DNA of 64,000 bases, from contig CP068257.2 in NCBI GenBank assembly GCA_009914755.4, positions 40,352,001-40,416,000 on the forward strand, written 5' to 3'. The position numbers and the translations under genes are program-made. The stretch comes from the human T2T-CHM13v2.0 reference genome, Homo sapiens. This document shows positions 14,762-29,126 of this stretch, piece by piece. The first letter of the stretch is position 1. Each line of letters begins with the position of its first letter. Under the pieces are notes generated by a model. It saw nothing but the letters and a program-made list of their open reading frames with translations. It searched no databases and had not been told where the DNA came from.

Positions 14762-16583
14762 GTAAAATTATTATTTTTTTAAAGCAGTTTGTGAAATCCC
14801 TGAAAAGTCAACTTTCTCATCTGAAGAAACACAGTGAATGTTATGGAACTCCTCACCATCTGATGAGGCCATTTGGAACTTGATCAGTGTTTTTCAAATT
14901 TGCCTAACCAAGAATAACCAAGGTGTTGGTTAAAAATGCAGCCCCCAGGCTCTCCGGGGGGAGGACAATGAATCGTTTAACACGGCTGCTCAGTGTGGGC
15001 CTGCTTCCAGCAGCCTGGGCTTGGCCTGGGCACTTGTTAGAAATGCAGACTCCTGGGCCCCGGCCAGGCCTGAGAAAGCACAACTGCCCCGTAGCAAGCT
15101 CCCCGGGGGGTTCCGGCCACTTGGAAGTTTAAGAACAGGCCTTGATTGATCAGCGGTTCTCAATCTTGGCTGTATATTAAAATTTATTGGAAACATCCAA
15201 AGAGTTAACACAATTTTCTCATGTTTGGGGCTTACCCTGAGAAATTCTGGTTGGTCCGCAATGAGGCTGGGCACACAAATACCCTATATTTACTTGTAAG
15301 GTATTTTATTTTAGTATAATATATGTAAAGAAACGGGCGTATATCATGTGTTCAGCTCAGTGAGTTCTCTCCAGTGGGTCAAACCTGTGTAACCAGAACA
15401 GGAATGGGAAGGTGACCAGCACCCAGGACCCCTATACTGCCTCCAGTCGAGACCCCTGGCACCCACCAAAGATAACCATGTATTGACTCCTTACGGCATA
15501 TGTGTTTCTGCCTGTTTTTGTTCCTTACACAACAGAATCATGCAGCAAACACTCTTCTGTGTCTGTCTTTTGCTCACTAGGTGTGGGACACAGCATGTGG
15601 CTTATCCACACTCCCTGCCCAGCAGAAGTCATTGTGTGAACACACCTGTCTATCCCTCTGTACTGCTGTTGATGGGCACTGGATGGTTGGCACTGTGGGG
15701 CTATTATGAATACGGCAACTTGTGTCTCGACAGCTCCCCTAGGGACTTTATGTAGAGCCAGGTTTGCCACGGGATGCTACCACACCTGCTGGACACCGCC
15801 TGTACCTTTGTGGTAACCTGGGGCCCTTTCCCGTCAGCTCCACCTTCAGAGGCCACCGAGTTACTGTGGCAGCTACTGCTTCATCTTTGTGTCCTGCCAC
15901 CCAAGGATGACAAATGGCCACATCCAGAAGCCCCCGCATTCTTCCAGGATAGCGGGAGCCGCGGGGTATTTAAAGTTCTGCCTCACTTTCTTTCAGTCAC
16001 ACTCAAGGGATTTGAAGAACACTGCCTTACGCACTGGCCCAAGAGTCACCAGGCATCTGGCCAGGGAACGGGCTGCAGTGGGATACCCTGCCCAGGCTCC
16101 CTGCTGCCAGGAGGCTGACGCTTCCAAACAGAGATGGGTGAGGGGAGTGAGGTACCTGTCTGGGTGTAAAATGGAAGAGGATGCCGGAAACTCAGTAATC
16201 AAGATAAATATTTTAATGTAATATTAGAAAAAATCAAAATTAATGCAAAACATCCATTATGAACAAAAAACCCCATCATTTTAACTAAAGACCAGTGCTG
16301 AGCTGAGCCACACTGGATCATAGGCAAAAGGAAAGATGTGCACCCCTATACGTATGTTTTATATTTTGAATGGTTTTGTTTTATTCTAGAACATTAAAGA
16401 AGTTGAAAAATCTTGAAAAACAGAAAAGTAGGTAACATTATCATAACATTGTTTCAGGTTTAAATATTTTACTAACACTGTAAACGAATTTATTATAATT
16501 TTGTTTTTCTGGCTTTAATGGAAACAAACTCATCAATAGCATTGTCAACATCTACTTCTTTGTGTGTCTCATTTTCTTTTCTT

Positions 16584-16868
<285 letters not shown>

Positions 16869-17146
16869 AAACCAGGCCATGCTTACCTCATTTTCAATTC
16901 AGATAGCTGCTATATTTGATAATTTCTCTTGACCAACTGATGATCTCAAATCATTTTAAGTTCATATATTATTTTCAATATTAATAACATTAAGTATGAA
17001 GTATTTCAATAGCATTAAAAATTAAAGTGTCACTTGATTAAGAGATATTACAAGTGACAATCTCTCATTAACATTAAATATTATCAAATATTAATATTAA
17101 ATAATACAAAATATTTACAGTTTTACTAACATTAAAATGATTTAAC

Positions 17147-17295
17147 ACTGGGAGGCTGAAGCAAGAGGGTCACTTGAACCCAAGAGTTCAAGGCTGAAAT
17201 GTAGTAAGACTGCACCAGTGACTAGCCATTGCACTCCAGCTCAGGTGACATGGCAAGACCCTGTCTCTAAAAACAAATAAATAAATAAAATAATT
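17147..17295 (+). mobile_element. Alu right-arm fragment with (AAAT)n tail
   Basis: actgggaggctgaagcaagagggtcacttgaacccaagagttcaaggctgaaatgtagtaagactgcacc...ccctgtctctaaaaacaaataaataaataaaat. Confidence 0.7.
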
Positions 17296-20200
17296 TAAAA
17301 TTTATCACTTCATTGCCTGGGGTCCTATTGCCTGGAGAACTATTGGTTTACATATTTTATCTGCTGTTTTAATTGTTTTAGGTAGGAAGGCATATGCTGT
17401 CTTTGTTACTCTATCTTGGTCAGAGCAGAAATCCCCCATAACTCTGAACTTTTCCTTCTTATTTTCGATCCTGTCTTGGCTCATTCTGTGTAATTTTTTC
17501 CTGATATATCTGCTTCTTCATTAGTTCTCTGCAGTCATATGCAATCTATTCTTTAACTCATTCATTGAGATTTTTTACTTAAAACCTCTTTTCTTTTTTA
17601 GAAATTCCATTTGTTCCTTTCTCAAATCTGCCTGTTCAGTACTGATAGTGTCCAATTACTTGTCATCTTATTGTTTCATGTTTCATTTATTTAAACGTTT
17701 CATAAGTATCTGCTGTGTACCTGGCACATGACAGTGGTGATGTCAGCCGTCTCTGATGGTCTAGTTCTGTTGCTGGTTGTTTCTGCTGACTCTCATTCAA
17801 GGGGTTGCTTGCCTGCTCATGTGTTGAGTGTGAGCCCTTGGCTTGATCTGCTGGAATCATGAAAGTCTAAATTTGTGGTGCTTTCACAAATACAATTGTT
17901 GTTGGATTCACTGCAAACCACAGGTGTCACGGACTTGAAACCATGAGTTGGGGAACCCCAAGACCAACCCTGGGTTCAATGATTGGCTAGGAGGACTCAC
18001 AGGACTTGGTAGAGAGTTGCACTGATGGGTGTGACTGATTACAGTAAAAGGACACAAGGCAAAATCAGCAAAGGAAAAAAAGGGCATGAAATCTGAAAGA
18101 AACCAGGAGCAAGCTTCCAAGAGCCCTCTCATAGTGAAGTCACACAGGATGCATTTAATTCCTTCAGGAACTACTTGTGGCAACATGAATGAGACATTGC
18201 CCCCAGGGAAGCTCGTTAGAGACTTGGTGCCAGGGTCGTTACTGGGGGCTAGTCATATAGGTGTCTTCTGCCCAGGACGCATCAACATTCCAGACTCTTG
18301 GAAGGAAAGCGGCTGTTCAGCATGAAGTGTATGGTTTGTACACGTTTAGGCGCAGTAAGCCACTGGGTTTATCAGGGACAGTGAGAACCTCCCCAAATCC
18401 AAGTTCCTAGATGCCAGGCAAGACCTAACCTTGCCTCCTCTCCCAGGAGAGCTGTGGTTACTCTTCTCTGTACACCTTGTCAGTCCCCACCCACCTTGCA
18501 GGGTCCCGATTCAATGTGGGTGTCACAGGCTCAACTCCCCTACTTTGTCAGTGTGCCCAGACAGTGACACTAGGAGTGTCCACCATCAGGTCACTGAGCT
18601 CTGCCTAGCTCAAGAGTTTTGTTGGCTTCTTGGAGGTAAGTTGAGGAAGGGCTTGGAAAACTCCCTACTCTTATAAGTCTGGCATTCATCAAAAAGTGTG
18701 TTTTGTCAAGAATCTGAGTGCTTTTCAGAGCACCTAATTCATCCTGTGTCAGCTATAAAAGCCCCTTATTTTTTAGAGGATAAAAAAAATGTCAATAAGA
18801 ATTCATAGTCACAGTTATCCAGGCTAAAAAATACACATGAATGTTGGGAGGTTGTCATCCACTGGACAACTTTTCCAACAGAAACTTTAGAACCCCAAGT
18901 TTCCATTTATCTCTATTGGAATCTGTTTCTCCCTGCTGGCTGCATGCCTGCTTCATTTCTTCCTTTAATCAGGGCCAACTTATTCATTAGGCACAGGAGA
19001 CAAAGTGCTTAGAGCCCCTGGCACTTTTAAGGAACCATAAATTTTTTTTAATGGACCACAATGTTTTAGTTTATTTTAAAATCAGAAGGAAAAAAATGAG
19101 TTGTTAGGGGTTGAAGAAAAGTTTATTTTTAATACAGCTTGGATTATATTTGCCCTTATATCAATGTAGTTGCAAAATATAACTTTGTATATATTTTGTG
19201 GAGGAAGTGTGTCCCCAAAGTGTCTAGGGCCCACAAGAGTTATGATGCGACCCTGCCTTCATGGTATTAAAAAAAAAAACAAAAACTAAAACCACTTACT
19301 GGGGACATAATATGCTCCTAGACCTGTGTCCTAGCATTGGCAATGGAAATATGGTTATTCCAAATAACAGAAATAACAGAATTTCCAAATTGTATAAATT
19401 TTAATATTTTTCCTGAGCTCTGGTAACTCTTCAACTATAACTCTTTGGATCATCAAGTAAGTTTCCAGCGAAAGAGCTTTAGCTCCTCAATTATTGGTAG
19501 CCTTTTCTTAGTGACAGGCTAGAGATTTTTCCAAACTATTCACTCTGACAAATCAGGAAAAGCTCCCACTCAATGTTTCTAAAATAATATGGCTGTGTAG
19601 GGGCTAGACATGAAGCCTAACACTTCTTAGAGGACCAACAGCAGTTGATGTAAATCATTTTATTTAAAGGGCTAGTAAGTTATTTTGTACTTAATGCTTT
19701 CACCTAACAACAAGTCAGACAGACATGTTATTTTTATAACATCAAACTTATACATTATTCAGTAATCTATCTTTGGTCTTTGGTTTTGTGAACAGAAACT
19801 GGCTCTTTTGTTCCATGAACTCCACTTGGAAACCCAACTTTCATGCCCGTGAAAACCTACTTTTAAATAATAATGGGGACCCTCAGAACAAAATCTCTGC
19901 TTCCTTACACACCAATTTCTGTTTCAAGTGGTAGAAATAAAGTTTGCATCCTAACTTCCTGATGTCTTTATCACATGAGAGAAAAGATCTAGTGTTTCTG
20001 CCATTTTAACTACATATCATCGGTCACCAAAAACACTGAGAACCCAAAGCAATGGCTCTTCCTCCAGCCATCAAGCTGGACACCACCCCAGCCTGGTTTT
20101 GTAGAGTCCATCCTTGCCACCCAGGTCATCTGAAGACCTGGCCAAGGGAAAGGGCTAATGGCAGATTATGACCCATTATCAGCTTATAAAATCCACATAC

Positions 20201-21329
20201 TGGATTGTGACCAAGGTTTTTCACTGTGAATGAATAAAATAGGCAGATTTACTGTGAAGCTGAAGTTCCAGGTGCCTCAGTTGTCAGGAAATTTCCAGGT
20301 CATAAATATCTCACTATTTTATAATTTGTAATATTTTATGGCTTTGTAAAACTGTGACCGTGCATATACCAAACAGGAGAGAGATGCCTGTCTCTTTCCA
20401 TCCTGACCTTCTCTCCCATAATTTCTTTCATGATGGTTGCTGCTAAAGTGACCATAGGCTTTTTCAGACCTGACTAAAGGTGAGTTGAGGAGGAGATAAA
20501 GTTCATCTGAATTTAGTGAGATGTGTGTAATTTTTTTTTTAAGTTTGAGAAAATCTCTACTGAGTTCTTTCATAAATAAGCTGCTTAGAATTTGGGAGAA
20601 TTTTCCACTGGCAAACTTCTGGCATAGCATCCCCAGACATACAGGGCTAGGTGCTTTAGGACATATTAGCTAACTTATCCATGACAAAATAACAAGTTCA
20701 TTTCCACTTCTGGGCAAGATGAAATCATAGAGCCTTGATTTTCCATCTTGCGTGAAATGACTAAATTCCAGACAAAGCATATGAGTGATTTTCAAAACAC
20801 TGAACATAAGGCAACAAAGAACAGTGATCACCGGGAGATGAGAAAGAGATGGGATAAACCAGCAGTGTTCCTGAGTTGAGGAGATGGAGCTGGGAGTCCA
20901 GGAAGGGAAAGGCGGCTAGGGTTCTAAGCATAGTGTGCTGGAAAAGGGAAAGCCTGAGAGTGAGCGAGCGCGCGCGCGAATGAACAAGAACGAACTCTGG
21001 AGGTCTGCAGAGAGGTCCCTTGACTCTTCAACATGTAAGGAAACTTCTTGAAGCTGGTTAAAAAAAAAAAAGCAAACAAACAAAAAAACTCAACAAAACA
21101 CATAAGCATTAGAAGGAACAATCCCTGGAGTTCATACAGTGCTTGAAGTAATTCAAGGGCATTGAGTACAGGGGGTGTACTTGCCTCAGTAACGGAACAA
21201 AATTAGCCCGCATTTAAATTCTGCTCTGATCCCATTTAATACCATTTAAAAGCAAAACCTGGATAAAATGGTTTCCAAGTAAGTTAATTACATCCCCCCA
21301 ATAAAGCTCCAGAATATTTATAGAAATAC

Positions 21330-22380
21330 AAAAACAACCAGCACCCATGGGGTAAAGTTCACAATGTCTGCAATTCAACAAAACATTACCAGACATGCCA
21401 AGAGGAAACAAAAAGGTACCCAGAATGAGGAGAAAAATACATCAATTTAAAACAAAACCTAGAAATGGAGTAGATGATAGAATTAGTAGTCAAGGACATT
21501 ATAAAGGTGTTCTAACTGTATCCCATATGGTAAAGAAGCCGGAGAAAAGATGGAATGTGTTAAGTAGATACATAGAATATATACCTAAAATTCAAATCAA
21601 ACTTCTAGAGATGAAAACTACACATCTGAAATGAAAAATACACCAGATGGCATCAGTGGCAGATTAGACATTGCAGCAGGTTAGTGAACTAGAAGACATA
21701 ACAATAGAAACTATCCAAAAGGAAACACAGAGAAAAAAGAGAACAATGCACCAGAACAATAGTGATTTCTGAGACAATTTCAAATGGCCTAATATAAGGT
21801 CATGCATCCTAATCAAATTGCATAAAACTGGTAATAAAGAGAACTTTAAAAAAGCAGCCAGAGTAAAAAAGACATACTGTATACAGAGGAACAAAGGTAA
21901 GGACAGCAGGATTTCTCACTGGAAATAAAGCTAGAAACAGTGAGCAACATATTTTAAGCACCACAAGAAAAAAAAGCTATCTAGAATTCCATGCCCATCA
22001 AAAATAGCTTTCAAGGTTGGCAAAATAAATATTTTTTAGATATACCTGAGCTGAAAGAACCCAGCATCAGTAGACCTACACTAAAAGAAATGTTAATGTC
22101 TTTTGAGCAGAAGTAAAATGATATCACAGGAAACTTGAATCTGCAGGCAAAATAATGAGTACCAGAAATGGAAACTTACATAGGTAACTATAAAGACTTT
22201 TTTTAATTAAATATCTTTAAAAGACAATTGACCATTTAAAGCAAAAATAATAACAATGTATTTTGGAGCTTATTACATATACAAAAATAAAATGGCTGGT
22301 TTCAGGGCTCTGGCAGGGAAAGAGGGAGATGAGTCTGGAACATCTTGTTGTGCCAGAAATTAAGAAAAAAAAACCTCAGG
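21330..22380 (+). mobile_element. Ancient L1 (L1M-type) ORF1 / inter-ORF region relic
   Basis: Collinear blocks match the remembered L1 ORF1: gaactagaagacataacaatagaaactatccaaaaggaaacacagagaaaaaagagaac...cagccagagtaaaaaagacatactgtatacagaggaacaaaggtaaggacagcag...ctagaattccatgcccatcaaaaatagctttcaagg...tttaaagcaaaaataataacaatgtattttggag. The frame is broken. Confidence 0.6.
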
Positions 22381-24232
22381 CTCTTTAAGCATTTTTCTTA
22401 CTTTGCTGAGAGGATATGTCAAAGCTTGCAGCAGCCTGGTCTGAAACTCCTACTAAATTTAGGATAATTTGAACATCAAAAAAATAAAAAAGGTGGCAAC
22501 TGATTAGAAACCATTGAACAGAATAGGAATCTATGAATCCACAACACATACACATGTAAATTAGTAAGTTAATGGGAATTACAGAACATTTTTTTCCTTG
22601 CAGTAGAAAGCCCACAAATAAATGAAGAGGGAACGATGGATGAGAAAACCTCCATTTGGCAACAACTGTAAAAATAAATTAATTCAGGCAAGGAACATCA
22701 AGAGATGCTAAAATTAGTGGGTAGAATTGAGATGAGGAGTAGAATTTTACATAGTCTCAAAATATCTCCCCACAAAATACTTATTAACTACAAATGGGGG
22801 CAAACATAGTGGAGACGTTGGCAGAAGTCCACCTTAGTCAAAGGATTAAAATGAATGCCATCAGCAACAGGGCATACAGGCATCAGATGCCATCCATAGG
22901 TTGAAATGAAGAGAATAGAGCTTCTGTATATTTTGACCCCAAAACGCATAGTGATGGTCCAGTCATGAGGAAGCATGGGACAAACTCCAAGTAAGAAACA
23001 CTCTACAAAATGACTGGTTCACAGTCTTCCAAATGATCAAGGCCAAAAAAGCCAGAGAGAATAAGGAATATTCCAGACTGCAGGAGACTGGGATACCTGA
23101 GAATGGGGAATGGGAGTAAAAAGAAAAACAAGTCTGTTAATGGTTTACAAATACCACCACACACCTGTACAGTGCTTCACACACAATAAGCACTCAGAAT
23201 TAGTTACTATTCCTTTTCTTAGGTTTACTGATGAGTTTATTAGGCAACTTTCCATACTTGGGTGTCCTAAGGGGGACCTTGGCAGTGCCAAGGATGCACA
23301 TGGATTGTCACACATCCAGAACAATCACAGCAGCACAGAGTGCCCGGGATTCACAAAGTTCCAGGAACTTGTCAATCTAACACCAGCCATTCAAACATTT
23401 CCATTCTCCCTTGGGCTTACTGAGAATCACATGAAATTAAAATACACTATGGATCTCTGTGTAGGTGAAATCAAAATCTGGAGACCATTTGCAGAGATCT
23501 TCACTAACTTTCCTATATTAGCTAAAAATAAATTGGTTGACTGTTGCCTCAGACAAAATTTCTTTGCTGTATTTATCAAATACTTAATAGGCACCTTCCC
23601 TTTGCCAGGTCCTGGAAACACAAGAATAGCCCCTATCCCTGGGTCCCTCCTAGTCTAGCAGGATAAACCACACGCAGATGAAACAGAAAGTAATAAGTCA
23701 AATGACAGGCCGATATCAGGGTGTTATGGGGAACACTTAGGAGGGGCAACTGCCGTGGGCTGGGGTGAAGAGCACCTGGAAAGGGACCAGGAAGTATTTT
23801 CTGGAGGAAATGATGCCAACCACAAGTGGGATTTAAGACACTGCACAAAAGGCAGACTTGCATTATCATGAGGTGGATGAGCTGACCAAGGGCTCTCCTG
23901 TGGAGGACGGGGTCTGATGGCCAATAGCATGATACCCAAATTCATGCTGCAGCAGGGTTTCCCCATGCTGTATTTGTAAAGTGCCTCTATGACAATATGG
24001 CAAATCTCACACATACACCATGTATGAGGAACACCTGCCACTCAACTTTCCAAGTTCATAGAACTCAAGTTCATAAGAACTGAGCCAAGATTTTGCCTCT
24101 GGCTGGGGAAAATATTAAACACTGGGGACATGATTTTGCCACCACACTATTTACTGTCTTGAGTATGTGCCAAAGATTGAGAGGATGCAAAGGAGTGCAG
24201 CAATCCCAAACCTCACAAAGCCTGTTATTGCT

Positions 24233-24255
24233 AAAAAAAAAAAAAAAAAAAAAAA
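24233..24255. repeat. 23-nt poly(A) tract
   Basis: Read directly. Possibly the tail of an old retroelement. Confidence 0.8.
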
Positions 24256-25078
24256 GGGAAACCTAAAAACAATAAAAAGAAAATAAAACCACCACCAATA
24301 ATTGGTGACGAATTGAATAACAGGGTTAAAGCAGAAGGTTTATATATATATATATAAAATTTGTTCCTGGTACAGTGTGTTCCAGACACTTTGGGCAGAG
24401 GCTCCCGAGAAAGGCTAGTTTAGGATATCAGCAAAGGAAAACAGAACTGTCAGAAGCCAAGAAGTACGAGTCCAAGCAGGTGAGAATCAGCACTGATCAA
24501 ACCACTGTGGGTCTCTGTACCTTCTAATTCTTTATTTTCCAGTCAGCTTGGTAGCATTAACTTGATTATCTACAGTTCAGCTGTTCACGTTACAGGGAGA
24601 GCTAATAAAATTTTTAAAAATGATATACCCCGGTTTTACAGAAAAACCTCATTAGAATGAAAAAAAAAAGCTATGACATTAAATTCTTTAGATTATCAAA
24701 TAAAACTGGTTTATCAACTGCTATGCAGAAATATCAATGCAGGGTACTTAAAAATGTTATTTTTCTGCATTTACCCCCCTGCCCCATCAACTTAAAAACT
24801 ACCAGTTCGAATAGTAAAGGAAATGGCAGATGAGCAAAGATGGTTGCCTATCTGGTTTTAATCATCGTATTTGCGATGCCCAAATAACTAAAGCTTTAAT
24901 ACAACCTTAATTCTATAAGCAACCTGGAACGGGGGAAAATTAAATCTCTCACAGCTATTCACATTACCCAAATAGGAAGATTTTAACTTTACTTTCACAA
25001 ATGTAAATGCTACACCCGGTTACTATCAAAGTACAGGGCATACCATTGAGACTGACTCGAAGCAAAATACAGTACAAA

Positions 25079-25084
25079 TTTATT
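25079..25084 (-). other. ZBTB21: Candidate polyadenylation signal AATAAA (TTTATT on +) for ZBTB21
   Basis: Hexamer read directly. Many other TTTATT occurrences exist in this AT-rich region, so the choice rests only on the expected gene length. Confidence 0.3.
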
Positions 25085-28000
25085 GACTCCAATCATTCTT
25101 AGTCAACATTTAAGCAAACTGTAGACAATGGAATTGAATACAAATAAGCAATGGATTAACATTAGATAGAAATCCTATTTTACCATGAATTTTCAGTTCG
25201 AAAAAGCTTATTCCTAAGTAAAATGGAAAAATGACTTACTCTGCTAAGGCATATGACAAAATACACAGAATTATAAAACCATTCGTTTTTCTTTTAACCA
25301 TAAGCATATATTCAATGGAAAACTTGAAATAGCCTTGGACTAATGTTCTGAAAACTAGTATTAACTGAGTATAACTGTGTGAAAAATCTGGACAGCATTA
25401 ACAAATGAAAGAGCACTGAATTCTGTTATTTTAAAGATTTACAGTAAAATACTTTGGTTCCCAAAAGACTGTCTCTAAAAGGAATTTTTAAAAACACCTG
25501 ACATTGTAACTCATTTTTTCTCCTCCAGAATCTAAACACCAATTTTGTCTTCTCCCCAGTCACATGGGAATGCCACAAGCTGGAGTACCCGCTGAGATAC
25601 ACTGAAAGAGCATATTAAAAATTACAAAAAATTAAACTTCTTAAAGTGCTAAAACCACAAAAAGCCATAAATGAAAACCTATTTTTTAAAACTTAAAGTT
25701 TAGTAGTCAGTGTTAAAGAACACTTTTAAAGAGTACGTGTCAGCATTATTTAAATCAATAATGCATTTCACAATTATTGCAGAAGCATCACTGAGACATC
25801 GTAAATTGTCAAACTGACTTGTAATCCAGTTAGATACAATTTATACAGAAATCTATTTGGAATTATACCTAATTACTTTTTACTAAGAAACTTCAAATAA
25901 TTTTACTTCCTGAAGTTCCAGATTACAGTTGTATACACACATGCATGCATGTGTGTACAAACCCAATTTGAGACAACAAAGGCCAACTTTAGATCTGTTA
26001 ATTCTTCCATCTCTCCCTCACCCTGATCAGAGAGTTGGCCTTGTAGGTGCATCCACACCGCACCTCCGTGAACAGACACATTTTATTCCTGTTTCACAGC
26101 AGCTACTCTCATTAGCACCAATGGGACTACATATGGATTCAAACGGTCACTCATTAAGTGCTGGGGCACATTTTTACAGGCAAGGCTATAAACGTTCCAT
26201 TCCAAACCAGAAAACCAAGAACATCACACATCTCCCCACAAATGCAAAGAACATCACTGTTGAATTGTTAGTTGTATATTCTGGTAAAATTATAAATGCA
26301 TACTAACTAGTTTTAAAGGTGAATATTCTACAAATCTTCAAATATTACTGTTAAAATGCACAATATTTGTTACCTCCATTGCTTACTTTGAGTGATAAAA
26401 ACATGTTTTATGTTACTCCTTCCTTCTCCCACATAAAGAAAACGATTCAGTATCAAGTTCTCAGATTAACAAAGAATATATTAAAACATTTTACATTCTT
26501 TCCACAACTGCATAAAAAAGCAGGCATCCTGCATACTTACATGGAATAAAGAGCTTTCTACATTTTCAAAATTAATTACAATCCTAAAATATATTTACAT
26601 GAATATCTTCACTAGCTAATGAGTTGCAACAATTTAAGACCAACTTGTTTTACACCAAGTATTTGCCTACTGGCTGAGATAAACATTCTTAAAAAACTTT
26701 ACTGAATAAAGTAATTAACATATCTTTCATTATTTTACTTCTTAACATTTAAAATAGTTACATGAGTGGAAGCATATTTTTTTTTGACCACCAAAATAAA
26801 CTCTTTCAGCCTAATGCTTTTAAAGTACAGTATAAAAAGTAATAGAAAAACCAGAACGGCATTATAAATGTTTTTGGTTCAAAATTTTATTTGAAATCTT
26901 ATATTCCTTGCTTAGACAAAAATGTGAAGACAAAACACCAGTCATTTTTAAAATCTAACAGATATGCAGAACCTATGTTTAGATCAAAAATATTTTTTTT
27001 TTTTACTGATTAACAATATTATTTTTAAAAAATCTTCGAAAATGTAGCATAAAGGTTTAGGTCCTGGGATACTGAATTTATAATGCCAAGATACTCTGTA
27101 TCATGGAATTATCACCGATAGATACTCTAATGGCCATGTAGGTGATGATTACTCAGGGAAACTGTCTTCTTTTGAAGTGACAGCTACCAAGATGGACAGA
27201 GTAAGAAATACCACATTATACGCGGAATGAATTCAATGTACAATAATCCATCCTGATGTTTCATGTAAACCCATATGCTTTAGTTTTATCCTTAAAATGC
27301 ATAGATTTCTTTAAGAAAACAAAGATGGCAAGAATCAATAACTGCAATTTATTTTCCCTTCTCCATCAAATTTAAGAAAGAATAGGAAGTTAACTACTAA
27401 AATATTGTGGAATTTTGGAGTTTTTTCAAGTGAAAGAATACAAGGCAAAATTTCATATATAATATCCATAATGTACAAAGTCAATCAGTATTTTATAAAA
27501 ATGTCTGGTTCAATAAAAAAAATGAGAATATCTTTCCTACCACTGGTATGGAATGTTGGCAATAAGATTGATGGGTACAGAGTTATTTTCTGCTAGAGCA
27601 CAAATCTAAAATTATTTCTTAATGACAGTAGTTGGCTTTTAAAAAAAATTTGAAAGAATACCTCGTAACACAAACTAGAGTCTAAATTGGTATTACTTTC
27701 TTAAAAGGATTTTGTAGTTTCGTTTTTTTAATACATCTAACTCCCACCCCCACAAGTAAAAGTTTTCCCTTTTGAAACACATTGAACTTTGGATATCCTA
27801 CTGAAAGGCTTTCAATTACAAATTATACATAGTATTCTTTGAAAAGCCCAAAACCCATGGAGCAAAATAAGTAGCTAAAACTAATTTTGGACCACTGATA
27901 GTGCTCTAATACCTATTTTTGAAATATTAAGCAATGATGTAGAGAATGGCCTTGCCCATGATTTTAACCATCAGACCCCCAACAAATTCTAACAGAAATT

Positions 28001-29126
28001 GTCACAAGAGAGAGGCAGGAAAATGTATATGTCGTATATATTGTTCTTGGAAAGCATGTTGAAACTGCAGTGAGGTGTTTCTCCTCTGCTCTATCTGGAA
28101 GTAAATGGTAATTTAGAATTTTACATCAGCTGTGCTAATTCTTGAGTGTCTGGGATCTATGTAAATATATGTCCCGACCTTATTTGTTACACTAATGTTA
28201 AAATCAAAATTAGTGCCATATGGTTAGCTTTGTTTTTTGTCCTAACTACACTCAGATTTTCAATTTGTGACAGCATAAATCAGAGGAAATGAAATATGTG
28301 CAGTCCTTCAAATGCTGGTCTGAATTTAGACTGTGGTGCAGTGTACATGTAACATGGTACAAGTTTTTATAACAATGTCTATCACTACTGAAGCCCTTAT
28401 AAACTGACTGTAGGGGACTTCCATAAATTGTTTTCATTTCCCAGGTCTTCCTTAGAGTTTAACTATCATTTATTATATTGACTGAGAGCAAGTTTTTGTT
28501 AGTTTATAAAAATCTAAGTGTTACTATTGCTGATTTAAATTTCTCACAATTTTCATACAAAAAGAAGTTTTACATGACCACAAAATACCAAATATTTATT
28601 TTTATCAAGTGTCAGGATAACTTATTAAAGTTGAGATTTATCTTTTATTGCTAAAGTAGTCTAAGATATAAATCAATACTGCAAACTACTCCACTTCTTC
28701 CTATTTTGGACTTAAGAACATGGTTAAGATTTAACTAGAACTCAAGTGTCTAAAATAATTAAAAGAAGGAATACTTCGACAGTATTCCACTAATCAATAA
28801 AAAACCAAAAACCTCAATTAAATGATTATACTGACACCATGGAATGAGGAACCATGCACACAATCAAGACTAATCCAATTTCAACATTAATGAAATCAAA
28901 CCATCTTGTTCTTGTAAGGTCCAGAACCACAATATTTTAAAAGCTGTATTTCTAAAGTTAAGGACATTACTAAGTAATTATCAATTTGCCTCCAACTTAA
29001 TTTCAAGCGTAACAATCTCCAACCTTTATTATTCTTGTTTAAAAAATATTTTGTTTCTTATGACACATTTCACAATTCAGGTTGAAATCTGGGGACTGCC
29101 TCCCATAGGTAAAAAGTGTTGGTCTT

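Noticed and set aside
23110-23658. 182-aa plus-strand ORF
   Set aside because: It lies in unclassified, probably ancient repeat-derived sequence adjacent to the L1 ORF1 relic. No domain and no start context. Left unannotated rather than called.
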